A stretch of 64,000 bases of DNA from Patescibacteria group bacterium (GCA_038063455.1 JBBTVB010000004.1:75-64074), one strand, 5' to 3'; positions 41,563-51,580 are shown, counted from the first letter of the stretch. The notes: generated by a model from the sequence alone, not told the origin. Numbers and translations are program-made.

Positions 41563-42816
41563 CTATGCTGGCGGAATTTTGTTTTCGGTTTGTGGTTGCG
41601 CGAACACGAGCATAAGCAGGAGCACCGCCAGCACCGCCAAGTCATTTTTAAAGTACGGCACGTCGACCAGGCCGTGCGCCACCAGCACTATCCAAGCCAA
41701 CGTGATGCTTGCCGCCCAGGGTTCGCGCCCGCGAAAACCTCTAAAAAGCCTTACACTTAGCCAAAAAAGTGCAGCAACCGTAAAAACCAACCCGGGCAAA
41801 CCGAGTTCAGACCACGCATTAAGCAAAAGGTTGTGCGGGTATTGCAGCAGCTCTACGTGTTCGGGCAAGCGGTAGTGGTTGTACACCCCGGGGAATGCTC
41901 CGAGGCCAGCACCCTGCAACGGCCGCGCCTCGAGCATATGCCAAGTGCCTTGCCAGAGCACCGTCCGGACGTCGGCTGAGGTGTCGCGGGTAGAGACGAG
42001 GCCAGTAACCTGGTTGCGGATAGTGGGCACTAGCAGCAAGGCAACGACTGCCGCAGCGCACAGCCCCCACCACAGCACCCGACGCCGGCTCCACGCGCCT
42101 GCAACAAGGACTGCAACACCCAAGCCCAGTAGCGCGCCACGCGAAACCGCCAGCACACACACGACGATGCCCGAAAATGTGCCAATTATCCACAGCCCGC
42201 GTTCCCACCGGGTAATGCGCCCACGAAATGCGAGGAATCCACCAGCAACCAGCGCTGCGAGTGGCGCTGCGTACAAGGCCGCGGCATTTGGATATGGAAA
42301 AAGACTGGTGACGCGCATCGGGTGTTCCGCATTCCACGGCGCCAGCGAGTGGAACCAACCCAGCCACTGGCCACTGGCCACGAGCGCAAAAACCATGAGC
42401 TGGCCGCTGACAACATGGATCAACATTTTTCGTGCGTGCGCGTCCCGTGCCACGGCCAGCCACAGAGGAATGAGCAGCACGGGTTCCAAAAAGTACGCGC
42501 GCCACAAACCCAACGCGGCCCGCTGATCGGCTGCCACCCACATGCCAAACAGGCCGATGACTACCCACACACCCGCTACCCAGGGTAGAGCGTTACCAAG
42601 CGCTGGCCACGCGCTGCGAGCCTGGAACCAGTGCAAAAAAGCCCCACAACACGCACCGAGCAACACCACTTCGAGTACTGTCGTTGGCAAACCACCAACC
42701 GCAAATCGAAGCTGGTAGGCGGGGAGCAGAGCGACCACCGCCAGCCCGCCCCACGCAGGGCGGCGCCAGGCCAGCCCGAACGCTACCACCCCAAAGCTGA
42801 GCGCGAGCAATATCAT
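41563..42816 (-). CDS. O-antigen ligase/polymerase (Wzy_C-like) membrane protein
   Basis: More than 10 TM segments with a large loop. Start ATG 42816 overlaps the upstream stop as ATGA. Confidence 0.7.
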   Translation of the reverse strand: MILLALSFGVVAFGLAWRRPAWGGLAVVALLPAYQLRFAVGGLPTTVLEVVLLGACCGAFLHWFQARSAWPALGNALPWVAGVWVVIGLFGMWVAADQRAALGLWRAYFLEPVLLIPLWLAVARDAHARKMLIHVVSGQLMVFALVASGQWLGWFHSLAPWNAEHPMRVTSLFPYPNAAALYAAPLAALVAGGFLAFRGRITRWERGLWIIGTFSGIVVCVLAVSRGALLGLGVAVLVAGAWSRRRVLWWGLCAAAVVALLLVPTIRNQVTGLVSTRDTSADVRTVLWQGTWHMLEARPLQGAGLGAFPGVYNHYRLPEHVELLQYPHNLLLNAWSELGLPGLVFTVAALFWLSVRLFRGFRGREPWAASITLAWIVLVAHGLVDVPYFKNDLAVLAVLLLMLVFAQPQTENKIPPA

Positions 42817-44228
42817 GCGCGTTTCTGTAGCGCGATATTTTGGAACGCGATAACCAAACCAATGGCTACCCACACGTGCATGATATAGAGGATAGAGAAA
42901 GTTTGGTACTGCACCAAAATCCCGAACACTGCGGCCGTGCCGCCAACCAGCAACGCGCGCAGCATCGGCGATGGGCGCGTAGCCAGCGCGCGCAGGCTCC
43001 GCAAGAAAAGAATGAGGAAGGCTACCACGATGGCACCGAAGCCGAGCGCGCCAGTCTCTGCCAGTAATTCCAAAGGTAAGTTGTTCACAATTTTCCAACC
43101 ATCCTTCGGCGTCACATTCGGGTTCGTCGATGCGTAGGGTCCAAACTGGCCGGGCCCAACCCCAATGTACGGTTGCTCGGTAAATGCTTGGCGTGCGGTT
43201 GCAAATGTTGCTATGCGTTCTTCATAGCTGGCGCCGGTAAACAAGTTGGTTATGTGTTCGGTAAATTTTTGCGCACTCAAACCATCGGTGCCTCCACGGA
43301 GCAGTTGCAGCGCGAGCACGCCGACCACCAAGACGGTGCCCACAAATGCCAGAATTCTGCCGGGGTGCAAAACGCTGCGCCAGGAAAACGCAAAGATGAC
43401 GACGAGGGCCGCCGCAAAACCCAGGTAGCCGCCGCGCGCCACGGTGAGCACGAAGGCTGTGCCACTGAGGAGTAAGAGCGGCAAACCGAGAAGCCCGCTG
43501 GTGCGGACTTTGCCGAAGAATTGTGCGGTAAGCAGTGAGAGGGGGAGCAGCAAAAAGTTAGCAAAGTACAAAGGCTCCAAGGCCGTGGACTGGACGCGCG
43601 GAAAACCCAGCACGGCTTTGGTGTACAAATCCCGCAGGCCAGTGAGTGAGGTTGGCAACCCGGCCAGGTCACCAAGAAATTGGAACAAGCCAAAGGCCGT
43701 AACGAGCAAGGTGGTCACGGACAGCGCCACCAGCGCCCGGCGGGCGTGAACTTCGGTGGTAATCAGCTGCGGAACAAGCAGCCCAACCAGCAAGGTAAAC
43801 ACCGTAAAACCAAAAACCAAAATGCCCCGACTCAGGTTCTCAGCGTGCGTCAGGCCCAAGGCGCTAACCGTCACAAAAATTACCAGCGGCCAGATGAGTG
43901 GCATGGGTTGCCAGTTAAGTTTGCCGCGCCAGGCCGAACGGATAATCCAGGCGACCAGCAGCACCACGGCCACCACTTGGCTAGGCCGGATAGTAACCCC
44001 GGCAGCCGTCACCGCCCCAATGCGTTCAAATGGGAGCAGAAAAATAATTGCCAGCGCGCCCCACAACGGCCGGTACAAGCACAGGACGAAAGCTGCTAGG
44101 CCAAGCACGCCCGCTGCCGTAAGCAGTGGCGCACGACTGGCGACAAAGGTAAGTGGCACAACGAAAAGCAGGGCCACAATAGTCAGGCCGGTACGGATGC
44201 GAGGTGTGAGCAGGGTGGCGGCAATCAT
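42813..44228 (-). CDS. O-antigen ligase/polymerase-like membrane protein (paralogue)
   Basis: Polytopic membrane protein with the same architecture as its neighbour. Confidence 0.65.
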   Translation of the reverse strand: MIAATLLTPRIRTGLTIVALLFVVPLTFVASRAPLLTAAGVLGLAAFVLCLYRPLWGALAIIFLLPFERIGAVTAAGVTIRPSQVVAVVLLVAWIIRSAWRGKLNWQPMPLIWPLVIFVTVSALGLTHAENLSRGILVFGFTVFTLLVGLLVPQLITTEVHARRALVALSVTTLLVTAFGLFQFLGDLAGLPTSLTGLRDLYTKAVLGFPRVQSTALEPLYFANFLLLPLSLLTAQFFGKVRTSGLLGLPLLLLSGTAFVLTVARGGYLGFAAALVVIFAFSWRSVLHPGRILAFVGTVLVVGVLALQLLRGGTDGLSAQKFTEHITNLFTGASYEERIATFATARQAFTEQPYIGVGPGQFGPYASTNPNVTPKDGWKIVNNLPLELLAETGALGFGAIVVAFLILFLRSLRALATRPSPMLRALLVGGTAAVFGILVQYQTFSILYIMHVWVAIGLVIAFQNIALQKRA

Positions 44229-45283
44229 ATGCTATGCAAGGTATCGAGTGTGAGTTTTGCTGTACGGTCCCAGGTAAACGTTGCGGCCCGCGCCAAGCCT
44301 TTGGTCCGCAGGCTATTCCGCAGCCCGACATCGCTAATAATGCGGCCAATGTGGTCGCGCCACGCATCCAGGTCAGCAGGGTCGGCGTAGAGCACCGCAT
44401 CGCCGCCAACTTCGGGCAGGGATGCTGCGGTGCTGCTGACCACGGGCGTTCCGCACGCCATCGCTTCTAGCACGGGCAAGCCGAAGCCTTCGTAGCGGGA
44501 GGGGAAAAGGAGCGCGGTGGACATGCGCAGCATCGTCAGAAGCTCGGCTTCGCTCACGTACTCAAGAATCCGAACCCGTTCACCAACGTGCAATTGACGT
44601 ATGCGTTGGGTCAAAGCCTCCATGTCCCAGCCCGGCTTGCCAACAATGACCAAATCGTGGTCGTCACGCTTGGCCACGCTAAACGCTTCCACCAGGAACG
44701 GCAAGTTTTTGCGCGGCTCAATGGTGCCTACGGCCAGGCAGAACGGGCGGGGCAAATTGTACTTCCGTCGAACCGCCGTTTCGGCGGCTGCATCTGCGTG
44801 CGGGCAAAAACGCGCATCGGCAGCGAGCGGGGTTACGGTAATACGCTCGGCAGGAATGTGGAGCAAGCGAATGAGGTCTTGCTTGGTCGCTTCGGAAATA
44901 GCCGCGATGCGGTCCGCGTGTCGAAGCGTCCGCGGCAGCAGGTCGTGCCAGTAGAAGCGCGCGCTGCGCGAGAAGTACTGCGGGAAGAGCAAGCCGATGA
45001 GGTCATGGCTGGTCATTACCAACTTGCCGCGCCAGAGGAGTGGACTGCTAAAGGCCGGGACGAAAAGCACATCGGGCTTTTTGCGCCAGGCGGCCAAAGG
45101 CAAACCAATCTGGTCCCAGAGTATGCGGCTGGGCGTGCGTAAATTCTTTTTGATAACGTCGATGCGCGCAATGCTGTCGGTCGGTGGTAAGCCGCGCTCC
45201 ATGGCAACCAGCAGTTGGCTGACGTAGCGGCCAAACCCTGTGGACTGCCCGGCGGTGGCTTGGTAATCAATCGCGACGTGCAT
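44225..45283 (-). CDS. GT4-family glycosyltransferase
   Basis: C-terminal ...FPSRYEGFGLPVLEAMACGTPVV... is the GT4 EX7E region. Start ATG 45283. Confidence 0.88.
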   Translation of the reverse strand: MHVAIDYQATAGQSTGFGRYVSQLLVAMERGLPPTDSIARIDVIKKNLRTPSRILWDQIGLPLAAWRKKPDVLFVPAFSSPLLWRGKLVMTSHDLIGLLFPQYFSRSARFYWHDLLPRTLRHADRIAAISEATKQDLIRLLHIPAERITVTPLAADARFCPHADAAAETAVRRKYNLPRPFCLAVGTIEPRKNLPFLVEAFSVAKRDDHDLVIVGKPGWDMEALTQRIRQLHVGERVRILEYVSEAELLTMLRMSTALLFPSRYEGFGLPVLEAMACGTPVVSSTAASLPEVGGDAVLYADPADLDAWRDHIGRIISDVGLRNSLRTKGLARAATFTWDRTAKLTLDTLHSI

Positions 45284-46703
45284 AGCTGAAACGAGAAAAA
45301 GTTTGGCGCAGCAAATCGACAGGAAAAATACGGAACAACGTGAGGCCGATGGCATACGCCAGCACCGCCAAACCCAAGCGCCAGACCAGCGCCAGGTTGG
45401 GTGTGAGAGCCAGCGCGATGACTAACGGGATACAGGCACCAACCACTTTTAGCATGTGCGTCGGCCGCAGGCGCACGCGGGTGGCCCGGTAAATAAAGTA
45501 GAGCGCCACCAACGTGACACCGACTTCGCTCACGACGGTCATGGTTGCCGCGCCAGCCATGCCCCAGCGAGGGATAGTAAGCAAGTACCCAGCCAACGAA
45601 GCCACCGCCACGCCGGCGTAGCCCCACAGCATGCGGCGCTGTGCGTTAATGGCGACCACGGTGTTGGCAAAAAGGTTACCGTAGAATATGGCGGCCGTAG
45701 CAATCATCAACAGCGTGAGTGCATTGGCTGCCCCAACATAATCTGGGCCGCCGACCAGCAGCATCACTTGCTGGGCCACAAAACCCGTGCCTATGGCTAG
45801 CGGAATCGCCAGCAAGCTCACCGTGTCCACTGCGCGCTGTAGTATATCCCGTAGGCGGTCTTGCTCTTGCCTGGCATAAGCAGCGGCTAACAGTGGCATG
45901 AGTAATCCTGCCACCATGGCGGGGATCGTCGCCAGCACTTCCAGCACTTTATAGGCCGAGCCGTACAGCCCGACCTCGCTCGCAGGCCGCACTGCGGATA
46001 GGATGAGTGTGTCGGCTTTGAAGTACACCAGGTTGAATGCAATGGAAAGCGCCACGGGCCAACCCTCACGGAAAATGGTGCGCACCATTTCTCGCTCCAG
46101 GTGCAAGCGAATACGCACGAAGCTGCGGCTAAACCAAAAACTGACGGCCGCATTCACTAGGCTACCGAGCGCTACCGTAATCATTACCCCGGTAACGCTG
46201 GTTTTGTTAGCCACCGCTACCAACGTCCCGCTCAGCAACACCACGCGGCCAATAATTTCTGCAATCGCCACCCGGTCCATCCGCAGGCTCCACTGGAACA
46301 CGCCCACGAGCACTTGGTTCATGGTTACCGCAAACGTTGCGAGCGTGGCAATAGCCACCGCCGTCTTCACGTCGCCGGGGTAGTTGGTGAAGAGGACGGT
46401 CAGCGGGGCCAGCACCAAAAAGCCCAGCGCTGTGTAGAGCCGCAAGGTAAAGGCTGTGCTCGCCCACGCATCCCGCCGGTCTGGTTCTTCGGCTAACTTT
46501 TTTACCAGGACAATGTACAGCCCCATGTCGACCAGCACACCGAAAACTTGCACGAATGCCAGTGCTGTTGTGTAGTGGCCAAACCGGTCTGTGCCAAGGC
46601 TGCGGGTAAGCAGACCAATGACCATAAGACCAATGACCGTGCTAACGACTTTCCCTGCAATTTGCAGGATGGTATTGCGGCTAAGTTGGCCGGTGAGTGA
46701 CAT
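45267..46703 (-). CDS. Wzx-like (MOP superfamily) polysaccharide flippase
   Basis: 478 aa, about 12-14 TM segments. N-terminal SRNTILQIAGKVVSTVIGL is typical. Confidence 0.8.
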   Translation of the reverse strand: MSLTGQLSRNTILQIAGKVVSTVIGLMVIGLLTRSLGTDRFGHYTTALAFVQVFGVLVDMGLYIVLVKKLAEEPDRRDAWASTAFTLRLYTALGFLVLAPLTVLFTNYPGDVKTAVAIATLATFAVTMNQVLVGVFQWSLRMDRVAIAEIIGRVVLLSGTLVAVANKTSVTGVMITVALGSLVNAAVSFWFSRSFVRIRLHLEREMVRTIFREGWPVALSIAFNLVYFKADTLILSAVRPASEVGLYGSAYKVLEVLATIPAMVAGLLMPLLAAAYARQEQDRLRDILQRAVDTVSLLAIPLAIGTGFVAQQVMLLVGGPDYVGAANALTLLMIATAAIFYGNLFANTVVAINAQRRMLWGYAGVAVASLAGYLLTIPRWGMAGAATMTVVSEVGVTLVALYFIYRATRVRLRPTHMLKVVGACIPLVIALALTPNLALVWRLGLAVLAYAIGLTLFRIFPVDLLRQTFSRFSYARRD

Positions 46704-46733
46704 GGTGTAACACTAGCACAATGTGAAAATGGA

Positions 46734-46781
46734 TTGACCCAGCACCACTTTTTTAGATAAAAAAAGTGGTGCTGGGTTGAC
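46734..46781. repeat. Palindromic element H2: TTGAC-CCAGCACCACTTTTT..AAAAAGTGGTGCTGGG-TTGAC
   Basis: Differs from H1 by a compensated C:G to A:T stem change. The right TTGAC forms the TTGACA -35 of a TTGACA-N18-TATGCT promoter. Confidence 0.8.
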
Positions 46782-46818
46782 ATTTCAGCATTTTTTATGC
46801 TATGCTGCAAGGGTCAGC

Positions 46819-48669
46819 ATGGAAATAAAAGCTCGCCACACCCATGCGCTTACCACCCTCCGCGTCCTGGCCGCGGCAGTCTTTGTTGCTGCCGCAATAC
46901 TCGTGCAAGCACACCCTGCCGCTGCGGCTACGGTAAAAAAAGGTGTACCCGCGTACCAAGCCAGCGTCGGCGCGCGCATGCCAGAGTTGCTGGAAGTTGA
47001 TACGAAGCATACCCTCACGGTGACGCAAAAATTTACCAATACCGGCAGCAAAGTCTGGCGTGCCACGGGCAATAATTTGGTGGCACTCAACGCCGTGATG
47101 CAAACCTCCGCGGGCCTGGATATTAACCGCAGCAGCAAACTCCGCGATCCCAGCTGGGGCACTATCGTGCGGCCGGTAAAAATTGCTAAGGATGTGAAAC
47201 CCGGTGAATCAGTCATGCTCACCTTTACCATCCTTGGGCCAAAAACTAGTGGCGAGTACCGGGAAAAGTTTTCACTCGTCGCCAAAGGCGTAGACTTTAT
47301 TCCTGGCAGCACCATTGAATTGCTGGTGCGAGTTGGTAACCCGAAAACTGCAGCGTACCGAACGGATACTGCGCTTACTGCTGCAGCGACGTACACTGTC
47401 CCGGCCGGTAAAGCCAAGACCTTTGAGCTCACGGTAACCAACACTGGTAGCGCTACCTGGAAACGGCGCGGCGCGGGCGAGGTGGTGCTGGCCGTCGCCG
47501 AACCCAGCACGCGCACCAGTAAATTCTGGCATGCAAATTGGTACGGCAAGCACGTGCTCGGACGGTTAACCACCAGCGAGGTAAAGCCGGGCAAGAAAGG
47601 GACCTTTCGATTTGCCTTGCAAGCACCCAGCGAGTACGGCGAGTACACCGAAAAATTCCAAGTACTGGTCCCGGGCCTGACGCGGGCGGTGGACGGCTTG
47701 CTCAACTTGACGGTTGTTGCGCCAAACCCAAATCCCGGCCCAGTGGTCACCAATAGCCTGGGCGCCGAGCCCACGGTCCGCGTGGGGGTGGTTACCACGT
47801 CTGATGGTTGGGTGGAATTACGACCCAGCACAACTGCATCGCTCACCGACGCGGGCAACAAAGTTATTGCCACGGTTGCGGCTGGCACCGTGGTGCGGCT
47901 TACCTACGCAAAAACCGGCTACACCTTTACCCTCAATGGCATAACAACGCCGGCACCCGGCCCGTACCGACTTACGGGCAGCGCGAATACACTGTTGACC
48001 ATATCCAGTTGGAACAGCCAGTACAACACGTACCGCGGAATTTTTGAATTCCGCTTCACGCCCGCCACCGGTAAAACCTGGCTCATTAACGAGCTGCCCA
48101 TGGAGCAGTACGTCAGCGGCTTGGCCGAGACGGGTAACACGGGACCCACGGAATTCTTACGCACCATGGCCGTGGCCGCCCGCACCTACGCACTCTTCCA
48201 CAACTTGCGTAAAACCAAACACGCCGACGAATTCTACGATATCAATGCCACCACCGACCAACTGTACAAAGGCTACGGCTACGAAACCAAGGTGCCGAAC
48301 CTGGTGGCTGCCGTTGCGGCCACGCGCGGCATTGTGATGACCCACCCCACACCCGTCACAGAAAAAAATACGGTTGGCGCCATTGTGGCCGCCTACTCCT
48401 CCTGCACCGATGGCCGCACGCGCAGCTTCTCCGAAGTCTGGGGTGCTGAGCAAAGCTACTTCCCATACTTGCTGAGCGTGCCCGATGCCATTGGCACCTG
48501 CACCACCCCGCCCTACCCAGCGTCGTACCTCACCGGCGGCAGCGGCAACCACATGGTGGGCATGTCGGCCTTTGGCGCGCTGAAGTATGCCAAAGACCAA
48601 GGTAAGACCTATGACTGGATTCTCACCACCTATTACACGGGCATCACGCTGAAGCAGGTGTATCCGTAA
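46819..48669 (+). CDS. SpoIID/LytB-domain protein with two N-terminal Ig-like repeats
   Basis: Signal peptide; two about 110-aa repeats (..TNTGS..W..........KPG....F.F.L.AP...GEY.EKF); C-terminal MEQYV.GLAE....P.EFLRTMAVAARTYAL. Confidence 0.85.
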   Translation: MEIKARHTHALTTLRVLAAAVFVAAAILVQAHPAAAATVKKGVPAYQASVGARMPELLEVDTKHTLTVTQKFTNTGSKVWRATGNNLVALNAVMQTSAGLDINRSSKLRDPSWGTIVRPVKIAKDVKPGESVMLTFTILGPKTSGEYREKFSLVAKGVDFIPGSTIELLVRVGNPKTAAYRTDTALTAAATYTVPAGKAKTFELTVTNTGSATWKRRGAGEVVLAVAEPSTRTSKFWHANWYGKHVLGRLTTSEVKPGKKGTFRFALQAPSEYGEYTEKFQVLVPGLTRAVDGLLNLTVVAPNPNPGPVVTNSLGAEPTVRVGVVTTSDGWVELRPSTTASLTDAGNKVIATVAAGTVVRLTYAKTGYTFTLNGITTPAPGPYRLTGSANTLLTISSWNSQYNTYRGIFEFRFTPATGKTWLINELPMEQYVSGLAETGNTGPTEFLRTMAVAARTYALFHNLRKTKHADEFYDINATTDQLYKGYGYETKVPNLVAAVAATRGIVMTHPTPVTEKNTVGAIVAAYSSCTDGRTRSFSEVWGAEQSYFPYLLSVPDAIGTCTTPPYPASYLTGGSGNHMVGMSAFGALKYAKDQGKTYDWILTTYYTGITLKQVYP

Positions 48670-48682
48670 AACTAATTACAGG

Positions 48683-48711
48683 TTGCTAAGTTTTAAAACT
48701 TACCTGATACT
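48683..48711 (+). promoter_or_regulatory. Sigma70-like promoter (TTGCTA-N17-GATACT) of the three-micro-gene operon
   Basis: Followed by TAACGTA-N10-TACGTTA-N3-TAACGTA at 48711-48744. Confidence 0.45.
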
Positions 48712-48757
48712 AACGTAGAGTTAGTAGTACGTTAAAATAACGTAAAAGGAGTAAGGA

Positions 48758-48979
48758 ATGCCTCGGTATAAAGTAAGGAAAAGGCCTCTTGGGCTTTCGA
48801 AGGGCAGTACTGGCGACATCTATGTAATAAACAGAAGCGGCGATGTCGTCCGCTCTTTCTGGAAAGAATTTCTTGAAAAGGAGCGGCTAGAAATGGAACG
48901 TATTTCCATTTGGCAGAAGATAGGTAAACGACTGAAAAAGTCTCTTAGACAGGAACTGGTACGCATACTCGAAGGATAA
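48758..48979 (+). CDS. Hypothetical small basic protein (73 aa)
   Basis: AAAGGAG SD. Its stop lies within the SD of the next ORF. Confidence 0.5.
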   Translation: MPRYKVRKRPLGLSKGSTGDIYVINRSGDVVRSFWKEFLEKERLEMERISIWQKIGKRLKKSLRQELVRILEG

Positions 48980-48989
48980 GGAGGTAGTT

Positions 48990-49118
48990 ATGGTTGCCAG
49001 AAAAAAAGCTAAGGTCATTCCTAAGCCACAACGCTCAAAAGAGGCGAACATTCTCGATTCGGATAAGGAGATACTAAAAATTATCCGGCGGCAATTACTA
49101 CGGATAATCAAAAAGTAA
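48990..49118 (+). CDS. Hypothetical small basic protein (42 aa, MVARKKAKVIPKPQRSKEANILDSDKEILKIIRRQLLRIIKK)
   Basis: AAGGAGG lies 5 nt before the ATG. Not in the ORF track because it is under 60 aa. Confidence 0.45.
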   Translation: MVARKKAKVIPKPQRSKEANILDSDKEILKIIRRQLLRIIKK

Positions 49119-49145
49119 AAAGGAACAGACAATACAGGAGATAAG

Positions 49146-49355
49146 ATGCCACAACTAACACCGAAACAAATGATAGCTTTTCGAAAAAGGACGAAGGAGT
49201 TATTTCCCGATAGCGACCCTAACAATAACAGCAGGGCCTTCTCGGTAGCCTCTTGGTGGGAAAGTCGGGCTAAAATACTTGCTGAGAAAATGAGAGCTAT
49301 AGATGAAGACGATGCGAGGTCGAAAAGAAGGTTTTGGACACCCCTCTTGAAATAA
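49146..49355 (+). CDS. Hypothetical small protein (69 aa)
   Basis: CAGGAG SD. A terminator hairpin (GGTCACaacttacgatcGTGACC plus T-run) lies near 49405-49440. Confidence 0.5.
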   Translation: MPQLTPKQMIAFRKRTKELFPDSDPNNNSRAFSVASWWESRAKILAEKMRAIDEDDARSKRRFWTPLLK

Positions 49356-49520
49356 ATCGGGTGATTCGAGTGCGCCCTCTTTAACTGAACTGTAGAAAAA
49401 ATAAGGTCACAACTTACGATCGTGACCTTTTCTTTTTGATAAAAATGCGTAAAATCAGTATATACTTCCTGCAGACAACTACGTCCTCAATGAGTCATTC
49501 TTGAGTACCAACAACCTCAC

Positions 49521-50072
49521 ATGTTGCAATTCATCCTCGACATACCAGCCGGTATCGCCGTTCCGGCCCTGATTGGGCTACGCACGCTCTCCATTGTCAT
49601 TCCACCCATTCAAGGCTGGGCAATTGATGCTGTTGCCATTGTTCGACTTGGCTGGTGGCAGGGCCTTATTGTGTGCGAGATAGGGGTGCTGGCCGGCACC
49701 TCGATTGCATTCTTTTTGGCGCGTGAGTTTCGGGCTAAGTTGCTGTCGGCAAAAACCAACACAAAAATTGATCGGCTGGCAAAACGGTTCCCAGAAATGG
49801 AAACCTTCTGGGGGCTACTGGTGCTTCGGCTGCTCACCAACCCGCTCTTCGACATTATCTCGTACGCGGCGGGTTGCACAAAAATATCCTATGCCAAGTT
49901 TATTACGGCAAGTTTTTTGAGTACCATTCCATCCATGTTCGCCGTGTTCTATTTTGGCCAATCCATTATGCGCCACGGCCTTGCTTGGGGGCTCCCTGCT
50001 ATTGCCTGCATCGTCCTGGCTTGGATGTGGTGGAGGCGACGGTCCACCCAGTTGGTGGATGCGAAGGGGTAA
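49521..50072 (+). CDS. TVP38/TMEM64 (DedA-related) membrane protein
   Basis: Four or five TM segments and the pattern ...RLLTNPLFDIISYAAG.T.I. Confidence 0.6.
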   Translation: MLQFILDIPAGIAVPALIGLRTLSIVIPPIQGWAIDAVAIVRLGWWQGLIVCEIGVLAGTSIAFFLAREFRAKLLSAKTNTKIDRLAKRFPEMETFWGLLVLRLLTNPLFDIISYAAGCTKISYAKFITASFLSTIPSMFAVFYFGQSIMRHGLAWGLPAIACIVLAWMWWRRRSTQLVDAKG

Positions 50073-50280
50073 CGAAGGTGCATAATGTCCTTTTTGCGAC
50101 CCTAGTCTGCAAGCCTGGATCCACCACCATATCTTAACAAGGCACCGTAAACAAAAATTTGTGATGCTGCCTAGGCGGCAGAACTAGTCATCATGCCTCG
50201 ACAGGCCAAGCTAATTACCGTAAGGTTTGTACAAATAATAAAATAAACCAAAAATCGCTCACTAACATAAAGGGGTCTAT

Positions 50281-51327
50281 ATGAATTCTGCGTGTCATGA
50301 ACAACACCTCGTTCCTCTGCAGGTGTTGAACGCAGTGTACGCTTCGATAAAACGGCGAGCTTTTTCCAGAAAGCAGACGGTAAAACAGAAATGGGCCTCG
50401 CTCCTAGGGGCAGGGCTATGCGGCTTTATTTTTTGGGGGGCTATTGGCTACATAGCGTTCATTCTCGGAATAGTAGTCTTTCTCCTTATTCGGTGGAAAA
50501 ACTTGGGGGTACTACAGTTCAGGGAAAATTGTATTTTCACCGCAGCATGGCTGTACACTGCTCTATTGGTAGCGGCGTCTCTGGTGTACGGTGCGCTATA
50601 CAAAAGAGTGTTCCGTCACATAACCGTTGTCCAATTTTTCCCGAGCTTTCCCTACAACCAGCAGCTACTCACTATTACCACAACGCAAGGGGAGATAGCG
50701 CAACGTGATAACTTCTGGAAAGATAGGCTGCCGGCCAAAGTACCAAGCCCTAATCTACTCACTGGTGTGCGGATAGCTGGGGCAATTTCCTTACTGTTTC
50801 TTAGAGACCTGGAGCTAGGGTACTTTCTCGTTTTGGTGGGAATGCTCTTTCTCACAGATTACTACGATGGCATCATCGCTCGAACCCGAAATAGGGAGAC
50901 AACCTTCGGCAAGTGGGCTGACCCAATTGCGGATTGGCTACTGCTGTGTTCAGTATCGCTGTACCTCTACTGGTTACACCCAAGTTTCGGGGTCACGTTC
51001 CTGCTCATGCTGATCCCACAGGTATGCATTGTTGTTTTCTTTACCATAACGTTTCTGCTTTCCGGAACGACAGACCTTCCGCGGCCGGTGATATGGGGAC
51101 GATTGAAGTTCAGCTTCTACGGTGTGGGCACACTCTTGCTGCTCCTAGGCAGCACAGTGGCCGCCCAAGTGTGCTTTTCAATCGGGATAGCATTCGCCTA
51201 CCTGGCCTTTGCAAGCTATGCAACCAGAAAATACCAAGAGGTGTATAAGGAAAGCGTCTTCTTCGGAATGCTTAGGTTGTGCCTCCGATCTTTGAGGATT
51301 CGTAAGGAATTAACATCGGTACTGTAA
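50281..51327 (+). CDS. CDP-alcohol phosphatidyltransferase-family protein with N-terminal membrane extension
   Basis: DYYDGIIARTRNRETTFGKWADPIAD matches D(x)2DG(x)2AR(x)8G(x)3D(x)3D. Confidence 0.8.
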   Translation: MNSACHEQHLVPLQVLNAVYASIKRRAFSRKQTVKQKWASLLGAGLCGFIFWGAIGYIAFILGIVVFLLIRWKNLGVLQFRENCIFTAAWLYTALLVAASLVYGALYKRVFRHITVVQFFPSFPYNQQLLTITTTQGEIAQRDNFWKDRLPAKVPSPNLLTGVRIAGAISLLFLRDLELGYFLVLVGMLFLTDYYDGIIARTRNRETTFGKWADPIADWLLLCSVSLYLYWLHPSFGVTFLLMLIPQVCIVVFFTITFLLSGTTDLPRPVIWGRLKFSFYGVGTLLLLLGSTVAAQVCFSIGIAFAYLAFASYATRKYQEVYKESVFFGMLRLCLRSLRIRKELTSVL

Positions 51328-51368
51328 TGAGCCTTGCCAAACCCAATGGTGAGGCTCTTTTTTATTCC

Positions 51369-51445
51369 AATGCCAAAGCAAAACCTATGGCTGGATTCTG
51401 ACTACCTACTACACAGGCATCACGCTCAAACAGGCGTATACGTAA
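51369..51445 (+). pseudogene. Orphan copy of the SpoIID gene 3' end (encodes ..NAKAKTYGWILTTYYTGITLKQAYT*)
   Basis: Aligns with 48587-48669 (..YAKDQGKTYDWILTTYYTGITLKQVYP*) including the stop codon. No upstream ORF. Confidence 0.8.
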
Positions 51446-51580
51446 AAATCAGTAGACGATAAAAACGCCTTCACCTCTGACGGGGCGATTTTTAGTATTG
51501 ACTATACGGACAGTTTATGGAAAGGTAAGGGCAAAATAAGCCAAAATCGATAACCTTAACAACCGAAAGGAAGTACAAAC

